64,000 nt of DNA from the human T2T-CHM13v2.0 reference genome, Homo sapiens. Both the position numbers and the translations under genes were made by a program. Below the pieces are notes generated by a model. It was not told where the DNA came from, made no database searches, and was given only the letters and a program-made list of their open reading frames with translations. Where the stretch lies: the NCBI RefSeq assembly GCF_009914755.1, contig NC_060928.1. One strand, given 5' to 3'. Within the stretch, counting starts at the first letter, position 1; every line of letters begins with the position of its first letter. Below are positions 1-13,785 of the stretch, piece by piece.

Positions 1-480
1 AAAATTCTCCCAGAGCCCTTATCTTTCAAACACTGCTTCTACTCAATAATTTGTGACTCCAAAATATGCAAATGTTAGAAGTTTTCATCATGTCTGTAAG
101 GTCTCTTATACTCATTTCAGTATTTTCTATCTTCTTAATTCTTCAGACTTCCACCTGAACATTTCAACTTGTCTTACGATCATGTTGAGTAACCCTCTCT
201 TCCTGTGCTTAATCTTCTGGTAAATCCTTTATCAGGATCTTAATTTTAATTTTAACTGTAACATTTTTTTCTGTTGTAAAAATTTAATTTTTAAAAAATA
301 ATAGTTTTTTTAAAATTGTGTAATTCTTCCACTTACAATCTATTTTTTTGAACATAAAATTTCACAATTATTTTTAAATTCGTACACTGTAAGTCTAACA
401 ACTGGGTCCTGTAGGAATCTGATTCTTTTGTCTGCTTTTTATTTCTTGGCTTCTATTTCTAGATACGCCTTACAATTGTT

Positions 481-786
<306 letters not shown>

Positions 787-1574
787 ACAATTCTTGATTA
801 AACACTGAGCATTGTTTATGAAAATTTTTGAGAATCTACATGATTTTATGTTATGGCAGGAATAGTTCACCTCGTCGTCTAGTAAGAACTTTGCAAAGTT
901 TGTTTCCATCTGATTCACGGAACTCTAGAAATTCCAGCAGAGAGCTTGCAATGTTTAATAGTGCCCTTTTATGGGGGCGAGGTGCAGGACCTACTTCATT
1001 ATCATAAGACAGTCATATATCTATTCTGCTTTTTAGTGGTGCCTTGCATTTTATCCTCATGCCCTGCAGCTGAAGAATCTGTCAAATATCTTCAGTGAAA
1101 ATGGCAGAAGGTCATTTTCACTCTATGAAGTTTTTTTTCTCTCTGAGATCATAGTTTGTTGTTGTTGTTTGTAACTGATTTTTCTAGTTTTTCATGATAT
1201 AAGTCTTGTCTCCTACAAGGATTTCTATCTTAAGAAGTGAAAGTCTTCTTCATGAAGCCTTTTAAAATGCATGTGATAAGGCCATTCTTTTGCTCAGCAT
1301 CCTTGAGTGACTTTCAGTTTCACTCAGGGTAAAACCAAACTACCGAGCACATCCAAAAAGCAAATACATCAAATTTTCCCTGGCTACATTTTGACCTCAT
1401 CTACTGCTCCTTGATCTACTCTGTGACAGCCACTTTAGCTTCCTCGCACTTCCAAAACACTAAGCACACATCTACATTAAATCCTTTGCATTCATTATGC
1501 ATTTGTTTACTATACTCAGATTTCATGATAACAGCAAAGTGTTCCCTTGTCACCTCCAATAAGATAGCAATACA

Positions 1575-2256
1575 TATCAGTCAGAGTTCATTTGGAAAAG
1601 CAGAGTCACCAGGGTACATGCACTGACTCAAATATATACACATCCCTACAATAAAATGGTTGTTACGGGGATTTGGGTTTGCAGGATTGTAGGATCTGGT
1701 TAACCAGTTTGTGTGAGGCTTTTGCTTCTGTACCTGGTGTTAGATTCTGAAGATAGCAAGGCAGTCAGTCAGAAAGGTAAGGTGGACGTGAAGTGAGGCA
1801 GACAAGAACCAGTTGCAACCTGTGAAAATGGGCAAGAAACCAAAAGATAGACTGGAATCTATGAAGACAAATTACAACGTGTTTTACCACCTCCTATCTT
1901 CCCACTTTGGAAATGTCAGTGTTTAACAGGAAATACTGGCACCCTTCCTCAAATAGCTGAACACAAACCTCAGCCAAAAATTGTAGAACTGAACGGGGAA
2001 AATCTGCTATGATCTGATGTTGCTGCTGGAGAAGCTGCTATCCCACATCAAAAGAAACAAGTTAATGACCATATTGCACAGGCTTCAACAACTACTTGTG
2101 TACATGTAACAAGATGGCTGCCGCCATTCCCCTACCTTCCTCATCTTGTGTGCCATGTCTCCTGTGGCCCATACCAACAGTGAGCAATGTGGAGAAGGGA
2201 ATTCTAGGAAGCAGAGTGCCACCTTATCTAAGTTTACCCAATACAAACCTACCACA
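1575..2256 (-). mobile_element. Old ERVL-class LTR (3' LTR of the adjacent internal fragment)
   Basis: Ends ...ctaccaca and abuts gcccatcttttgtcaacttg, which resembles the ERVL internal 3' terminus; left boundary approximate. Confidence 0.55.
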
Positions 2257-2900
2257 GCCCATCTTTTGTCAACTTGAATCCATATACATTTATTTTATCA
2301 ATACTGAACATTCAAATAAAGACAATAGCCTCTGCTAGCCACATTTCTACACTCTGTTTCTACGAAATCAACTTTTTTTAGATCCCATGCAAAAGTGAGA
2401 TCATATAGCATTTTTTTCTGTGCTTCCTTCCTGAAATGTATGGATCATCGTGGTACCTACCTGTATTTGGTAACTGTAGTTCTCCCTTTATTTTAATTAT
2501 GCACATCAAAGTACTAAGAAACAGCCTAGGGGACCTTTTGCATTACAGTTATATTTCTTCTCATCATTAGTGTATAGAACCATCAAATTCTCACTGTGAT
2601 AGTCAAGATCAGTCACCACCATCAGTACAGCAACCCCCTTTTCTGCTTCCTTATTTACTGGCCTAAAGAATCCAAAGTAGCCCAGCGGCAGTCTTAAACT
2701 TCAGTTTAGCGAATCCATTGATGTTTCTCCTGCTAAAAGCATTCATCCCTTAAAAATGCAGACCCTAAAGTTGCTCAACAAGGAAGTAAAAATTTTGCAA
2801 GTATATCAATAGGGATAAGAGTGAGAGGAATTATTCTTCTTTCAATCCCTTGATTCCCTGACCTGTGAATCCTACCTACAGGATTAAAGGGCCCCATATT
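2257..2900 (-). mobile_element. ERVL internal fragment (integrase C-terminus/dUTPase region), with a short L1 3'UTR piece at ~2340-2425
   Basis: ORF 2775-2966 contains RIHRSGNQG...PLTLIPIDILAKFLLP, similar to HERV-L RIHGSRNQG...PLTITPSDPLAKFLLP. Confidence 0.75.
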
Positions 2901-3369
2901 TGCTGATATGTTGGAGGATGTTAATGGAGTTTTGCAAGGTGTTGCTACCAGTTGGTGGATAATCAATTCTTCATAAAGACAATGCCAAACTGCTTCAAAA
3001 TTTAGATTAATTCATATGTAAATGGTGATCTATTAATAAGATCAATAACCTCAAGACAAATGAAAATGACACTTGCATTATCTACAGTAGTGAAGAATGC
3101 ACCACTCTATCCCCTTCCTCAAGTCTATTGTGGTGTATGAGGAATTAATATTACCATTTATTTAGCTGGTAAGTATTTTTCGAATATTTTTCTTTGCAAA
3201 CATTGTGCTGAGAGTGATGCAAAAAGAGAAGTGAGCTTTATTTCCTAATGGAGTATACTCAAAGTAATCTTTATTCCTATAAAAGTTTCAAATACCACAT
3301 CAGTCAGCTTCCCTGAAGAATGGTTCAAAACCACATTGTGAAACTACTGATTTGATTGTAGTACTGATT

Positions 3370-6300
3370 TGATTTGCAGTTCTCTGATGATAAATGATGT
3401 TTAGCACCTTTTCATATACCTGTTTGTTATTTGTATATTTCTTTTGAAAAATATCTATTCAGATCTTTTGCCCATACTTTAGTAGGATTATTAGATTTTT
3501 TTCCTATTGAGTTGTTTCACTGCCTTACATATTCTGGTTATTAATCCCTTGTCAGATGGATAGTTTGCAAATATTTTCTCCCATTCTGTGGGTTGTCTCT
3601 TCACTTTATTGATTGTTTCCTTTGCTAACAAAGTTAAAGAAATTTTTTAACTTGATGTGATCTCATTTATCCATTTTTGCTTTGGCTGCCTGTGCTTTTG
3701 ATGTATTACTCAAGAAATGTTTGCCCAGACCAATGTCCTTGAGGGATTTCCCAATGTTTCCTTTCAGTAGGTTCACAGTTTATGGTCTTAGATTTAAATC
3801 TTTAATAGATTTTTATTTGATTTTTGTACATGGTGAGAGATAGGAAATGTCTTCCGCATATGGATATTCAGTAATCCCAGCACCATCTATTGAAGATACC
3901 TTCCCCCAATGTATATTACCAGCACCTTTGTTGAAATTAAGTTCACTGTACATGTATGGATTTACTTCTGGGTTCTCTATTCTGTTTCATTGGTCTATCT
4001 GTCTCTTTTTAAGTCAGCACCATGCTGTTTTGTGTACTATAGCTCTGCAGTATAATTTGAACTCAGATAATGTGATTCCTGCAGCTTTGATCTTTTGCTC
4101 AGGATGGCTTTGGCTACTCTGGGTCTTTTGTGGCTCTATATGAATGTTAGGATTATTTATGCTATTTATGTGAAGAATGTCATTGGTATTTTGATAGGGA
4201 TTGCATTGAATCTGTAGATTGCAATCACTTGTTACTGATCTATTCAGGTTTTAGATTTTTTCATGGTTCAGTCTTGGTATGCTGTATGTATCTAGGAAAT
4301 TATTCATTTCTTCTAGGTTTTCCAATTTATTGGCATATAGTTGCTCATAGTGGTCTCTGATAATCTTTTGAATTTCTGTAGTATCAGTTATAATTTCTCC
4401 TTTTTTAACTGTGAGTTGAAAGAAAAATTAATGAAGACTACACTAATGGAGAATGTAGTCTTCATTAATGCTCTGAATTAATAGTGAATTTATTTACTTG
4501 GGTCTTGTCTCTTTCTTAGTCTGAGTAAATGATTGTCTGTCATTTATCTCTTCAAAAAACAAATTTTTGTTTATTCCTGCTCTGATTATGTCATTACTTT
4601 TATTTCACAAATTTAGTGTTTTGTTTGCTTTTGCCATTCTATTTCTTTAAGATGCATTATTAGGTTGTTTATTTAAAGTTTTTCTGCATTTTTGATGTAG
4701 GTGCTTATTGATATAAATTTCCTTTCAGTGCTGCTTTTGCTTTATCCCATAGGTTTTGATATGTTGGTATTTTCATTTTCATTTTTTTCTAGACATTTTA
4801 AAATTTCTTTCTCAATTTTTTTTCATTGAAACCCTGAGTCATTCAGAAGCATATTGTTTAATTTCCATTTGCTTTTAGAGTTTCTAAAGTTCATCTTGTT
4901 ATTGATATCTAGTTTCATTCCATTGTGGTGAAAGAAGATACTTAACATGAATTCATTTTTATGATTTTTTTAAGACTTGTTTTTGTCCTAACATATAGTC
5001 AATCTTTGAGAATGAGTCATGTGCTGAGGAGAAGAATTTATCATCTCTAGTCTTTGGATAAAATATTCTTTAAATATTTATTAGGTCCTTTTGCTCTATA
5101 GGGCAGATTAAATCCAATATTTCATTGTTTATTTTCTGTCTGAATGATCTGTCCACTGCTGAAAGTGGGGTGTTGGAGTCTTCAGCTATTACTGTAATGG
5201 AGTCCATCTCCCTGCCTATGTCTAATAATATTTGCTTTATATATTCAGGATCTCCAGTGTTGGGTGCATATATATTTAAAATTATTACAACCTTTTGCTG
5301 AACTGACCCCTTTATCATTACATAATGCCTTTCTTTGTCTCTATTTATAATAGGGTCTTGAAATCTATTTTGTCTCGTATAAGTAGATGTACTCTTGTTC
5401 TTTTTGGTTTCCATTTGCATGGAATATCTTTTTCCATCCCTTTATTTTCAGTCTATATATCACTTTATAAGTGAAGTGTGCTTCATGTAGGCAATACACT
5501 ATTGGGTCTTGTATGTTTTATCCAGTAAGCCACTCTATGTCTTCTTATTGGAGATTTTAGTCCATTTACATGCAATGTAATTATTGAGAAGTAAGGACTT
5601 ACTACTGTCATTTTATAATTTGTCTCCTGGTTATATTGTGATCTTCTTTTCCTTCCTTCCTTCCTTCCTTTTTGCCTTCCTTCCTTTCTTTCTACCTTCC
5701 TTCTTTCCTTAATTTAGTCCTTCTGTCTTTCTTTTTATGAGGTGATTTTCTCTGGTAGTATGTTCTAATTTCTTGCTTTTTATTTTCTGGGTATCTGTTT
5801 TAGGTATTTTTTTGTTGTTTTAGGTTATTGCGAGGCTTGCAAATAACATCCTTAACCCATCATTTTAAACTGATGACAACACAGATTGCAAAAGCAAATA
5901 ACAAACAAAAAAGCAAAGAGAAAACTAAAAAAAAAAACTCAACATTTTAACTTCTTCCCTCTGTTTTTTAATGTTTCATTGTTTCTATTTACATTTTACT
6001 GTACTATGTCTTAAAAAGTTGTTGTAGCTACTGTTTTTGATCAGTTCCTCATTTAGTCTTTTTATTCAAAATATTAGTAGTTTTCACAACACAATTACAG
6101 TGTTGTAATAGTCTGTGTGCTTACTACTACAGTGAATTTTGTATATTCAGATGATTTCTTATTGCTCATTAACATTTTCTTTTAGAGCGAAGAACTCCCT
6201 ATGGCATTTCTTGTAGGACAAGTCTTGTGTTGTGTTGATGAAATCCCTCAGCATTTTGTTTGTCTGGGAAAGGGCTAATTTCTCTTCTATGTTTGAAGGA

Positions 6301-7505
6301 TATTTTCACTGGATATACAGTTCTAGAATGAAGGTTCTTTTGTTTATTCTCTTCAGCATCTTAAATATGTCATGCCACTCTTTTCTGGCCTAGGAGATTT
6401 GTTCTGAGAAGTCTGAGGCCAGACATATTGGACCTTCTTTGTATGTTACTTGTTTCTTTTTTCTGGATGCTTCTAGGATCTTTTCTTCATCCCTAACCAT
6501 CGGGAATTTGATTATTAAATGCCTTGAAGTAGTCTTATTTGGGTTAAACCTGCTTGATGTTCAATAACCTTACTGTACTTGAATATTGATATCTTTCTCT
6601 AGGTTTGCAGAGTTCTCTGTTATTATCCCTTTGAATAAACCTTCTATCCCAATCTCTGTCTTTTTCTCTTTATAATTAGTACCTCTTAGAGTTGTCACAT
6701 TGAGACGATTTTCTAGATGTTGTAAATGTGCTTTATTCTTTTTTATTTCCTCTATGTTTTTTCAAAGATCCTGTCTTTAAGCTCACTACTTTCTTCTGCT
6801 TGATCCATTCTGCTGCTGAGAGATTGATGCATTCTTCAGTATGTCAACTGAATGTTTCGGCTTCAGAATTTTTGCTTGATTCTTTTAAAATATTTCAATC
6901 TCTTTGTTAATTTTATCTCACAGGATTCTAAGTTTCCTTTCTGTGTTATCTTAAATTTTGTTGAGCTTCCTCAAAACAGCTAGTTTGAATTCTCTGTCTG
7001 AAAGGTCACATATCTCTGTCAATCCAGGATTGACCACTAGTGCCTGATTTAATTTGTTGAGTAAGGTCATGGTTTTCTGGATGATCTTGATGCTTGTGTA
7101 TGTTGGTGAATGCATGGGTACTGGAGAGTAAGGTATTTATTGTAGCCTTCATCACCTTGGCTTGTTAGTACCTATCCTTCTTGGGAAGACTTTCCAAGTA
7201 TTCAAAGGGAATTTAGTGTTGTGATCTAAGTCTTTGGCCACTGCAGCTTTACTTGCATCAGGGGATACCTCGAACCCAGTAATGCTGTGAGTCTTACAGA
7301 CTCATAGAGGCACTGCCTTGGTGGTCTTAGGTAATATCCAGGAGAATACTGTGAATTAATAAGCATAGACTCTTGTTCTTTTCCCTTACTTTCCCTCAAA
7401 ACAGTTGGAGCTTCCTTCTTTTTGCTGAGCTGCCTGGTACTAAGGTAGGGGTCACACAAGCACTCCTGTGGCCACCACCACTAGGACTGCACTGGGTCAG
7501 ACCCA
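3370..7505 (-). mobile_element. Old L1 (L1MA/L1M1-2 type): 5'UTR, ORF1 and ORF2 remnants with internal deletions
   Basis: Endonuclease remnant at 5070-5420 (HYVMIKGS...LNIYAPNTG); abrupt jump in ORF2 at ~4222; (TTCC)n tract at ~5645-5710. Confidence 0.85.
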
Positions 7506-8489
7506 AATGTATCAAAAAGATTGTAATAACATTTAGATGTGTACTTATAAGCATGTTGTCTAAAAAGACTTCTGTTTTAAAAAATACAGAGCTTAATACA
7601 TACACCACCAAGACTAATTAACATTCTTTGGCCCTCACTGAAATTATTTTTTCAGACATTAACTAAAGAAAGCTCATTTCTCTTCTAAAATAGCGATCAA
7701 CAATATTTTTAACCAAATAATGGAAGAAAATTTGATCTCTTTTATAATTAAAAAATCATGACTAACTTTTCCCATGTATTAATTACTATTCATGAAATTC
7801 TTTCACTCATATGAAATAGCAGACAGCTAGTTAGAAACAGGGCTTTACTGAAGTGACACCTATTCACTCACAGTGAGATTCACTGAATACCAAAAGGAGA
7901 GAGGTATTTGTTAAGTAGACAGAGAGCACAGTTTCTCGCCTCTGTGGTTTTCTCTCCTAAATTATTCCCAATTCACCTGTTAAGCTTTTCTCTTTTACCC
8001 CCTTCAAAGCAAAATCTTTGAAACAGTATTCTAGTCCCTTAAACAAAGATTTACATGTATGATCCTCATGTGTATTTTTCAATCCTGACTAGAATGTTTT
8101 TTTCCCTACGGTAAACACCTGTCTAGTTCACAATATTCCTTTTCTAATAATTTTCCTCCCACACAGTCAGCTATTGTATTTTTTCAATGCAGTCAACAAA
8201 ATAAGCCAATTTCTTGACAAGAGCACATAGAAATTCAGCAACTGAATATTAGCCACATACATCAGCAGAAGCAGAGAAAGTTGCTTTACAAAGGGAAAGG
8301 TGAGAATGAAGAAGATCCTGAAAGAAGCAGAGATAAGGAACATCCATTAACAGAAAGAAAGAGAGTAACCTTAGTTACCAATGCATTTCATTTCCTCAGT
8401 CTAGTGCTTAAGGAGGCCTTATTGTACTTTCTCCCTTTAAGTAATAATAATAAAAAATTGCATCTTACAGCTACATAACAGTAATTAAT

Positions 8490-8720
8490 AGAAACTAGTG
8501 CTTACTGAGGGTTTACCAAGAAACAAGCAGTACTATAAGCACTTCATATACACTAACACATTTAATCTTAATATTAACTTAGTAAAGTAGCTACTCTTAT
8601 CACCCTAATTTTATATATGAGTAAGTGAGTGATATGAATTCTTGAAAATTGTCTGCAGTTACATTGATGTAGCCAAGATTTAAACACAGCAAGTCCAGTT
8701 TCAAGGTTTGTGCTGAGTTT
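8490..8720 (-). mobile_element. MIR SINE remnant
   Basis: MIR-like core (tactataagcacttcatatacactaacacatttaatc...caccctaatttt). Confidence 0.55.
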
Positions 8721-11637
8721 GTATATGCATTTAGTTTTTAGTAGGTTCATTCTATGCATTTCTATTATTTAGGACTGAAATAGACTTTTGCTTCTGGATT
8801 AAATGGAGTAACCTTACAAGAATTTTACCCCTTCACCTGAACCAATCAAATAATCAGACAAAATGTACTAAATAACTGTATTCAGGACACTGGGGATCAA
8901 GCGATAAGACATCTTTTCCTGATTAATAAGAAACGAATGAAAGAATCCCAGCAATTACCAAGTCATTCTGCCTTGAGAAAGTTCGCAGAGTGTACTGCAG
9001 GGAGGGGAAAACCAGGCAGAGACCAATGGGTGCTCTGAGTTGAGGAGACAACACTGTCAGTTCAAGGAGACAAAGAAAGCCATAGTTTCCAGGGAAGAGT
9101 ACTCATGAATTTAAAGCTAAACAGAAAAAAACCTCAGGGGGTTTGCAGAGGATCCATTTTGAATATTAAGCATAGTACTTCTCAGTACACATGGGGCTAC
9201 GAGAGGCCATAGGAAAAAGCCACCCAAATGAACTAGAAGGAATAATACCTAAAGGAATAACATGTAAAGCTCACAGAATGCAGGAATAGTGCCTGTAAAC
9301 CAGTCATTGGAAAGCCTCATAATTTATGCAGAAATTGGTAGTATTCAGAAGAACTTTCATCAGTAAGAGGAAGAAATAAGCCCTAGGAAAATTGTTGCTC
9401 TTGTCACAAATAAAATAATATTAGAAGAAGGACAAAAAAGAATTCAACTATTACAAGTAGTTTGAACAAGTCCAGGAAAAAAAGCACAAGAACATTTATA
9501 TATACACCACCCAGCAAGGCAAGACTAATGTTATCAATGTAAAAATAATTATCAGACATGAATAGAAGCAGGAAAATATGACCCATAAAGAGGAGAAACG
9601 TTGATCAATCGAAACCAACACAAAACTGAAACAAATGGAATACTTCTCAGATTAACATTATAAAAGTTATTGTAACTGCATTTTACAAATTCAAAAAGCT
9701 ATAAGTCTGATTTAACATGTTAAAATAGAGATCTTCTGTGTACACAGAAAATCTTTTGGAAAAGAGCCAAATCTCATTGCTAGAGATGAAAACTAGAATG
9801 ATTGAGATGAAAAATATAATGGTTGGGTTTGATGTAAGACTAGATATTATAAAAGTAAGTTTAGTTAACTTGACAACATAGCAACAGAAGTTATTAAAAA
9901 TGAAATACAGGTAGAAAAGCACTTTTAAAAAATGCACAAAGCACCAATGATCAGTGGGACAACTTCAAGTAGTCTAATTTACATGCAGATGGAGTCTCCA
10001 AAGGGGGGTAGAGGGAATGGAAAAATTTTAGCTGAGATGTTTGCCACCACATTTTACAAATTTGATAAATGCTATAAATTGACAGATCCAATAAGGTCAA
10101 TCAAAATCATAAAAAGAAAACAATATACACCAATGAACATTCTAATCACGTTGCTCAAAACCAACGGCAAAGAAAAAACGTCTTTAGAACAGCCAAATAT
10201 ATAAGAATAACTTACTTACTGAAAAACAAAGAAAAGGACAACACAAGATTGCTATGAAAAAAAAAATGTAGACCAGAGGATAGATATATCTAAAGTCTTA
10301 ACATCAACAACAAATCAACACAACATCAAGCAATAATTCTATACCCAGAGAAAATACCCTATAAATATGAGGTTTCAATGAACACTTTTTTATGCACATA
10401 AGAGTTGAAAGAGCTCAACACCAACAGATGTGCACTGCAAAAAAAATTTAAGTAAGTATTTAAGATAGAAAAATATGATATCAGATGGAAATCTGAGTGA
10501 CACAAAGCAATAAAGAGCTCTAGAAATGGTATGTTAGTAAACATATATACTTTTTTTCTTTGTTAAAGCTCCATTAAAAACAGATTACAATACAATCTGA
10601 GGCTTATAATATATGCAAAAGCAATATATTGTCACAACAGGAGAAATGAAAAGTTACAGTTAGAAATTCTTATATGCTAATTGAAATGATATGGTATACA
10701 TACCAGATGTATAGTCCGAATTCTTAAGTAGCCACTAAAATAACAACAAAAGCAAGAGCAACAAAAGAGTTATAGCTCACAAAGGAAATAAAGTGGAATC
10801 AACAACAAAGGAAATCATTTTTTAAAAATCCAAAGCATGAATAGAAAAAACAAAGAAAAGGGAAGAATGAATACACGAGACAAATAGAAAACAAATATGA
10901 CAGTGGTAGATTTAAATCTAAAAATATTCAAAATATTAATAATCACATTAAAAGTAAGTGAACTAAATATATCAAGTGAAAGTTAGAGATTTACTGAATT
11001 TAAAAAGTAAGGAAAAATTCTATGGTTTCTAGCAAAAATAAAGTTAAAATTGAGATACAAATAGGCTAAAATGAAAAAGATAGGAAAGATAAATCATGCT
11101 AGCACCAATAAAAAAAAAAAAAAACTGAACTTCTAGCAGACTAAGAAAAAGAGAGGAGAGAAAATTCCTAATACCAGAAATGAAAGAGATGACATCACTA
11201 CAGATACTATGGACACAAAAAGAATAATAAAAGGACACTGTAAACAACTCTATGCCCACAAATTTAATAACCTGGATGAATGTACCAGTTTGTAGAAAGA
11301 TGAAATTTGCTAAAACTCATATAAGGAGAAATAGATAATCCAAATAAGTCTATTATCTATTAAAATTGAATCAATAATTAATTTCCCTTCAAACAGAAAT
11401 TACCAGGTTCTGATGGTTTCACTGGTAAACAATCAATCAAACATTTAAGGAAGAAACTACCAATTCTATACAATCTTTTTCAGAAGATAGAAACAGGAGT
11501 TTTACTTCTGAACTCATTCTGTGAGGCAAGAATTAATCTAATACTGAAACCAGAGAAAGACATTATAAGAAATGACAACTAAAGACTAATATCTATCATG
11601 AAACAGACACAAAAATCCTCAACTAAAGAAAATTGCA

Positions 11638-11929
11638 GGCCGGGTGCCGTGGCTCCTGCCCGTAATCCCAGCACTTTGTAATGACAATGCAGGCGGATCA
11701 CCTGAGGTAAGGAGCTTGAGACCACCTTGGCCAACCTGGCAAAACCCTGTCTCCACTGAAAATACAAAAATTAGCTGGGCATGGTGGTGGTGGCTGTAAT
11801 CCCAGCTACTCAGGAGGCTGAGGCAGGAGAATCGCTTGAATCCAGGAGGCAGATGTTGCAGCTAGCTAAGATCATTCCACTGCACTGCAGCCTGGGCCAC
11901 AGAGCGAAACTCCATCTCAAAAAAAAAAA
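11638..11929 (+). mobile_element. Alu SINE (AluS-type) inserted in L1M
   Basis: ggccgggtgccgtggctc...tccatctc plus A tail; imperfect TSD aaagaaaattgca/aaagcaaattgaa. Confidence 0.95.
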
Positions 11930-12863
11930 GCAAATTGAATCCAAAAACATATAAAAAGAATTATGCACCACAAACAATATTATTTATCTCAGGTATGCCA
12001 GGATAGTTGAACATTCAAAATTAATATAATCCATCACCAAAAATCAAAAGAAGAAAAAGTATATGATCATATCAATAGATGCATAAAAAGCACTTGACAA
12101 AAATCTAACACTTTTTTATGATTAAAAATTCAGAATATACAAGTTCCTCAACTTGACAAGGAGTATCTACAGAAAACCTGTAGGTAACATCCCATTTAAT
12201 GGTGAGAAACTAGAAGCTTTCCAATAAAATCAAGAACAAAGAAAGGGTGTTTCTTCTCACTACTGCTTTTTAATGTCATACTGGAAGTCCTAACTAGTGC
12301 AGTAAGACAAGAAAAGGAAATACAAGTTGTACAGGTTGGGAAGAAATACATATAACTGTTCACAGATGACATAATCAGTTATGTAGAAAGTCCAAAAGAA
12401 TTGACAAAAATCTCCTAGAATTAATAAATGATTATAGCAGAATTGCAAAATATAATGTAAATGTATGAAAGTGTATCACTTTTCTATATACCAACAATAA
12501 GCAAGAACAATTTGAAATTAAAAACACAATATCATTTACATTAGCACTTCCCAAAAATGAAATATTTACATATAATTCCAACAAATTGTATACAAATCTG
12601 ATTTGTAGAAAATACAAATCTCTGATAAAAGAAATCAAAGAAAATCTAAATAAATGGAGAGATATTTCATATTCATGGATAGGAAGGTTCAATATTGTCA
12701 AAATGTCAGTTATAACTACTTAATCATTAGATTCAATCAAATCCCAGTCAAAATTCCAGAAAGTTATTGTGTGGATATTCACCAACTGAGTTGAAAAATT
12801 TATATGGAGAGGGAAAAGACCCAGAATATTCAATGCAGTTCTGAAAGAGAAAAACAGCCTGGA

Positions 12864-13321
12864 CATTTGGGTTGGTTCCAAGTCTATTGTGAATAGTGTC
12901 CAACAATGATAGACTGGATTAAGAAAATGTGGCACATATACACCATGGAATACTATGCAGCCATAAGAAATGATGAGTTCATGTCCTTTGTAGGGACATG
13001 GATGAAGCTGGAAACCATCATTCTCAGTAAACTATCGCAAGGACAAAAAAACCAAACACCGAATGTTCTCACTCATGGGTGGGAATTGAACAACGAGAAC
13101 ACATGGACACAGGAAGCGGAACATCACACTCTGGGAACTGTTGTGGGGTGGGGGGAGGGGGAGGGATAGCATTAGGAGATATACCTAATGCTAAATGACG
13201 AGTTAATGGGTGCAGCACACCAGCATGGCACATGTATACATATATAACTAACCTGCACATTGTGCACAGGTACCCTAAAACTTAAAGTGTAATAATAATA
13301 AAATTAAATTAAAAAAAGAAA
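12864..13321 (+). mobile_element. 5'-truncated, 5'-inverted L1PA (about L1PA3/4) 3' end
   Basis: ORF2 C-terminus MIDWIKKMWHIYTMEYYAA, 3'UTR and A tail; 16-bp TSD agaaaaacagcctgga at 12848-12863 and 13322-13337. Confidence 0.93.
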
Positions 13322-13594
13322 AGAAAAACAGCCTGGAGACTAATACTACCTGACTTCAAGTCTTACTATAAAACTACAGTAATCAAGACAGTTTTGAATT
13401 AGCTAAAGAACACACAAATAGATCAGTGTAACAGAATAAAGAACACTGAAATGGGCCCACATATAGTCAACTGATCTTTGACAGAGGAGCAAAGGCAATC
13501 CAATGAAAGAAAAGACAATTTTTTCAACAAATAGTGCTAGAATGACTAGCATGTTTGCAACATCCACATGCAAACAAATGAATCAAGACAGATT

Positions 13595-13785
13595 GAGAGA
13601 GGGAGAGATAGAAGGAAACGAGGGAGGAGAGGAAAGAAGGAAGAAAAGAAGGAAGGAAGAAAGGAAAGAAGGGAGGAAGGAGGAAGGAAAGGAAAGGGAA
13701 GGAAAGGAAAGGAAAGGAAAGGAAAGGAAAGGAAAGGAAAGGAAAGGAAAGGAAAGGAGGCAGGCAGAAAGGGAAGAAGGGAAGA
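13595..13785 (+). repeat. Polypurine (GGAAA)n/(GGAA)n microsatellite
   Basis: 11 consecutive GGAAA units at 13701-13755 within a ~190-bp G/A tract. Confidence 0.95.

Larger units (their letters stand above)
8780..13585 (+). mobile_element. Ancient L1M (L1MC/MD/MB-type) ORF1/ORF2 remnants, interrupted by an Alu and an L1PA
   Basis: A-rich L1 ORF1-like (9932-10204) and ORF2-like sequence (gacatcactacagat..., aactcattctgtgaggc, ttcacagatgacat). Confidence 0.8.
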
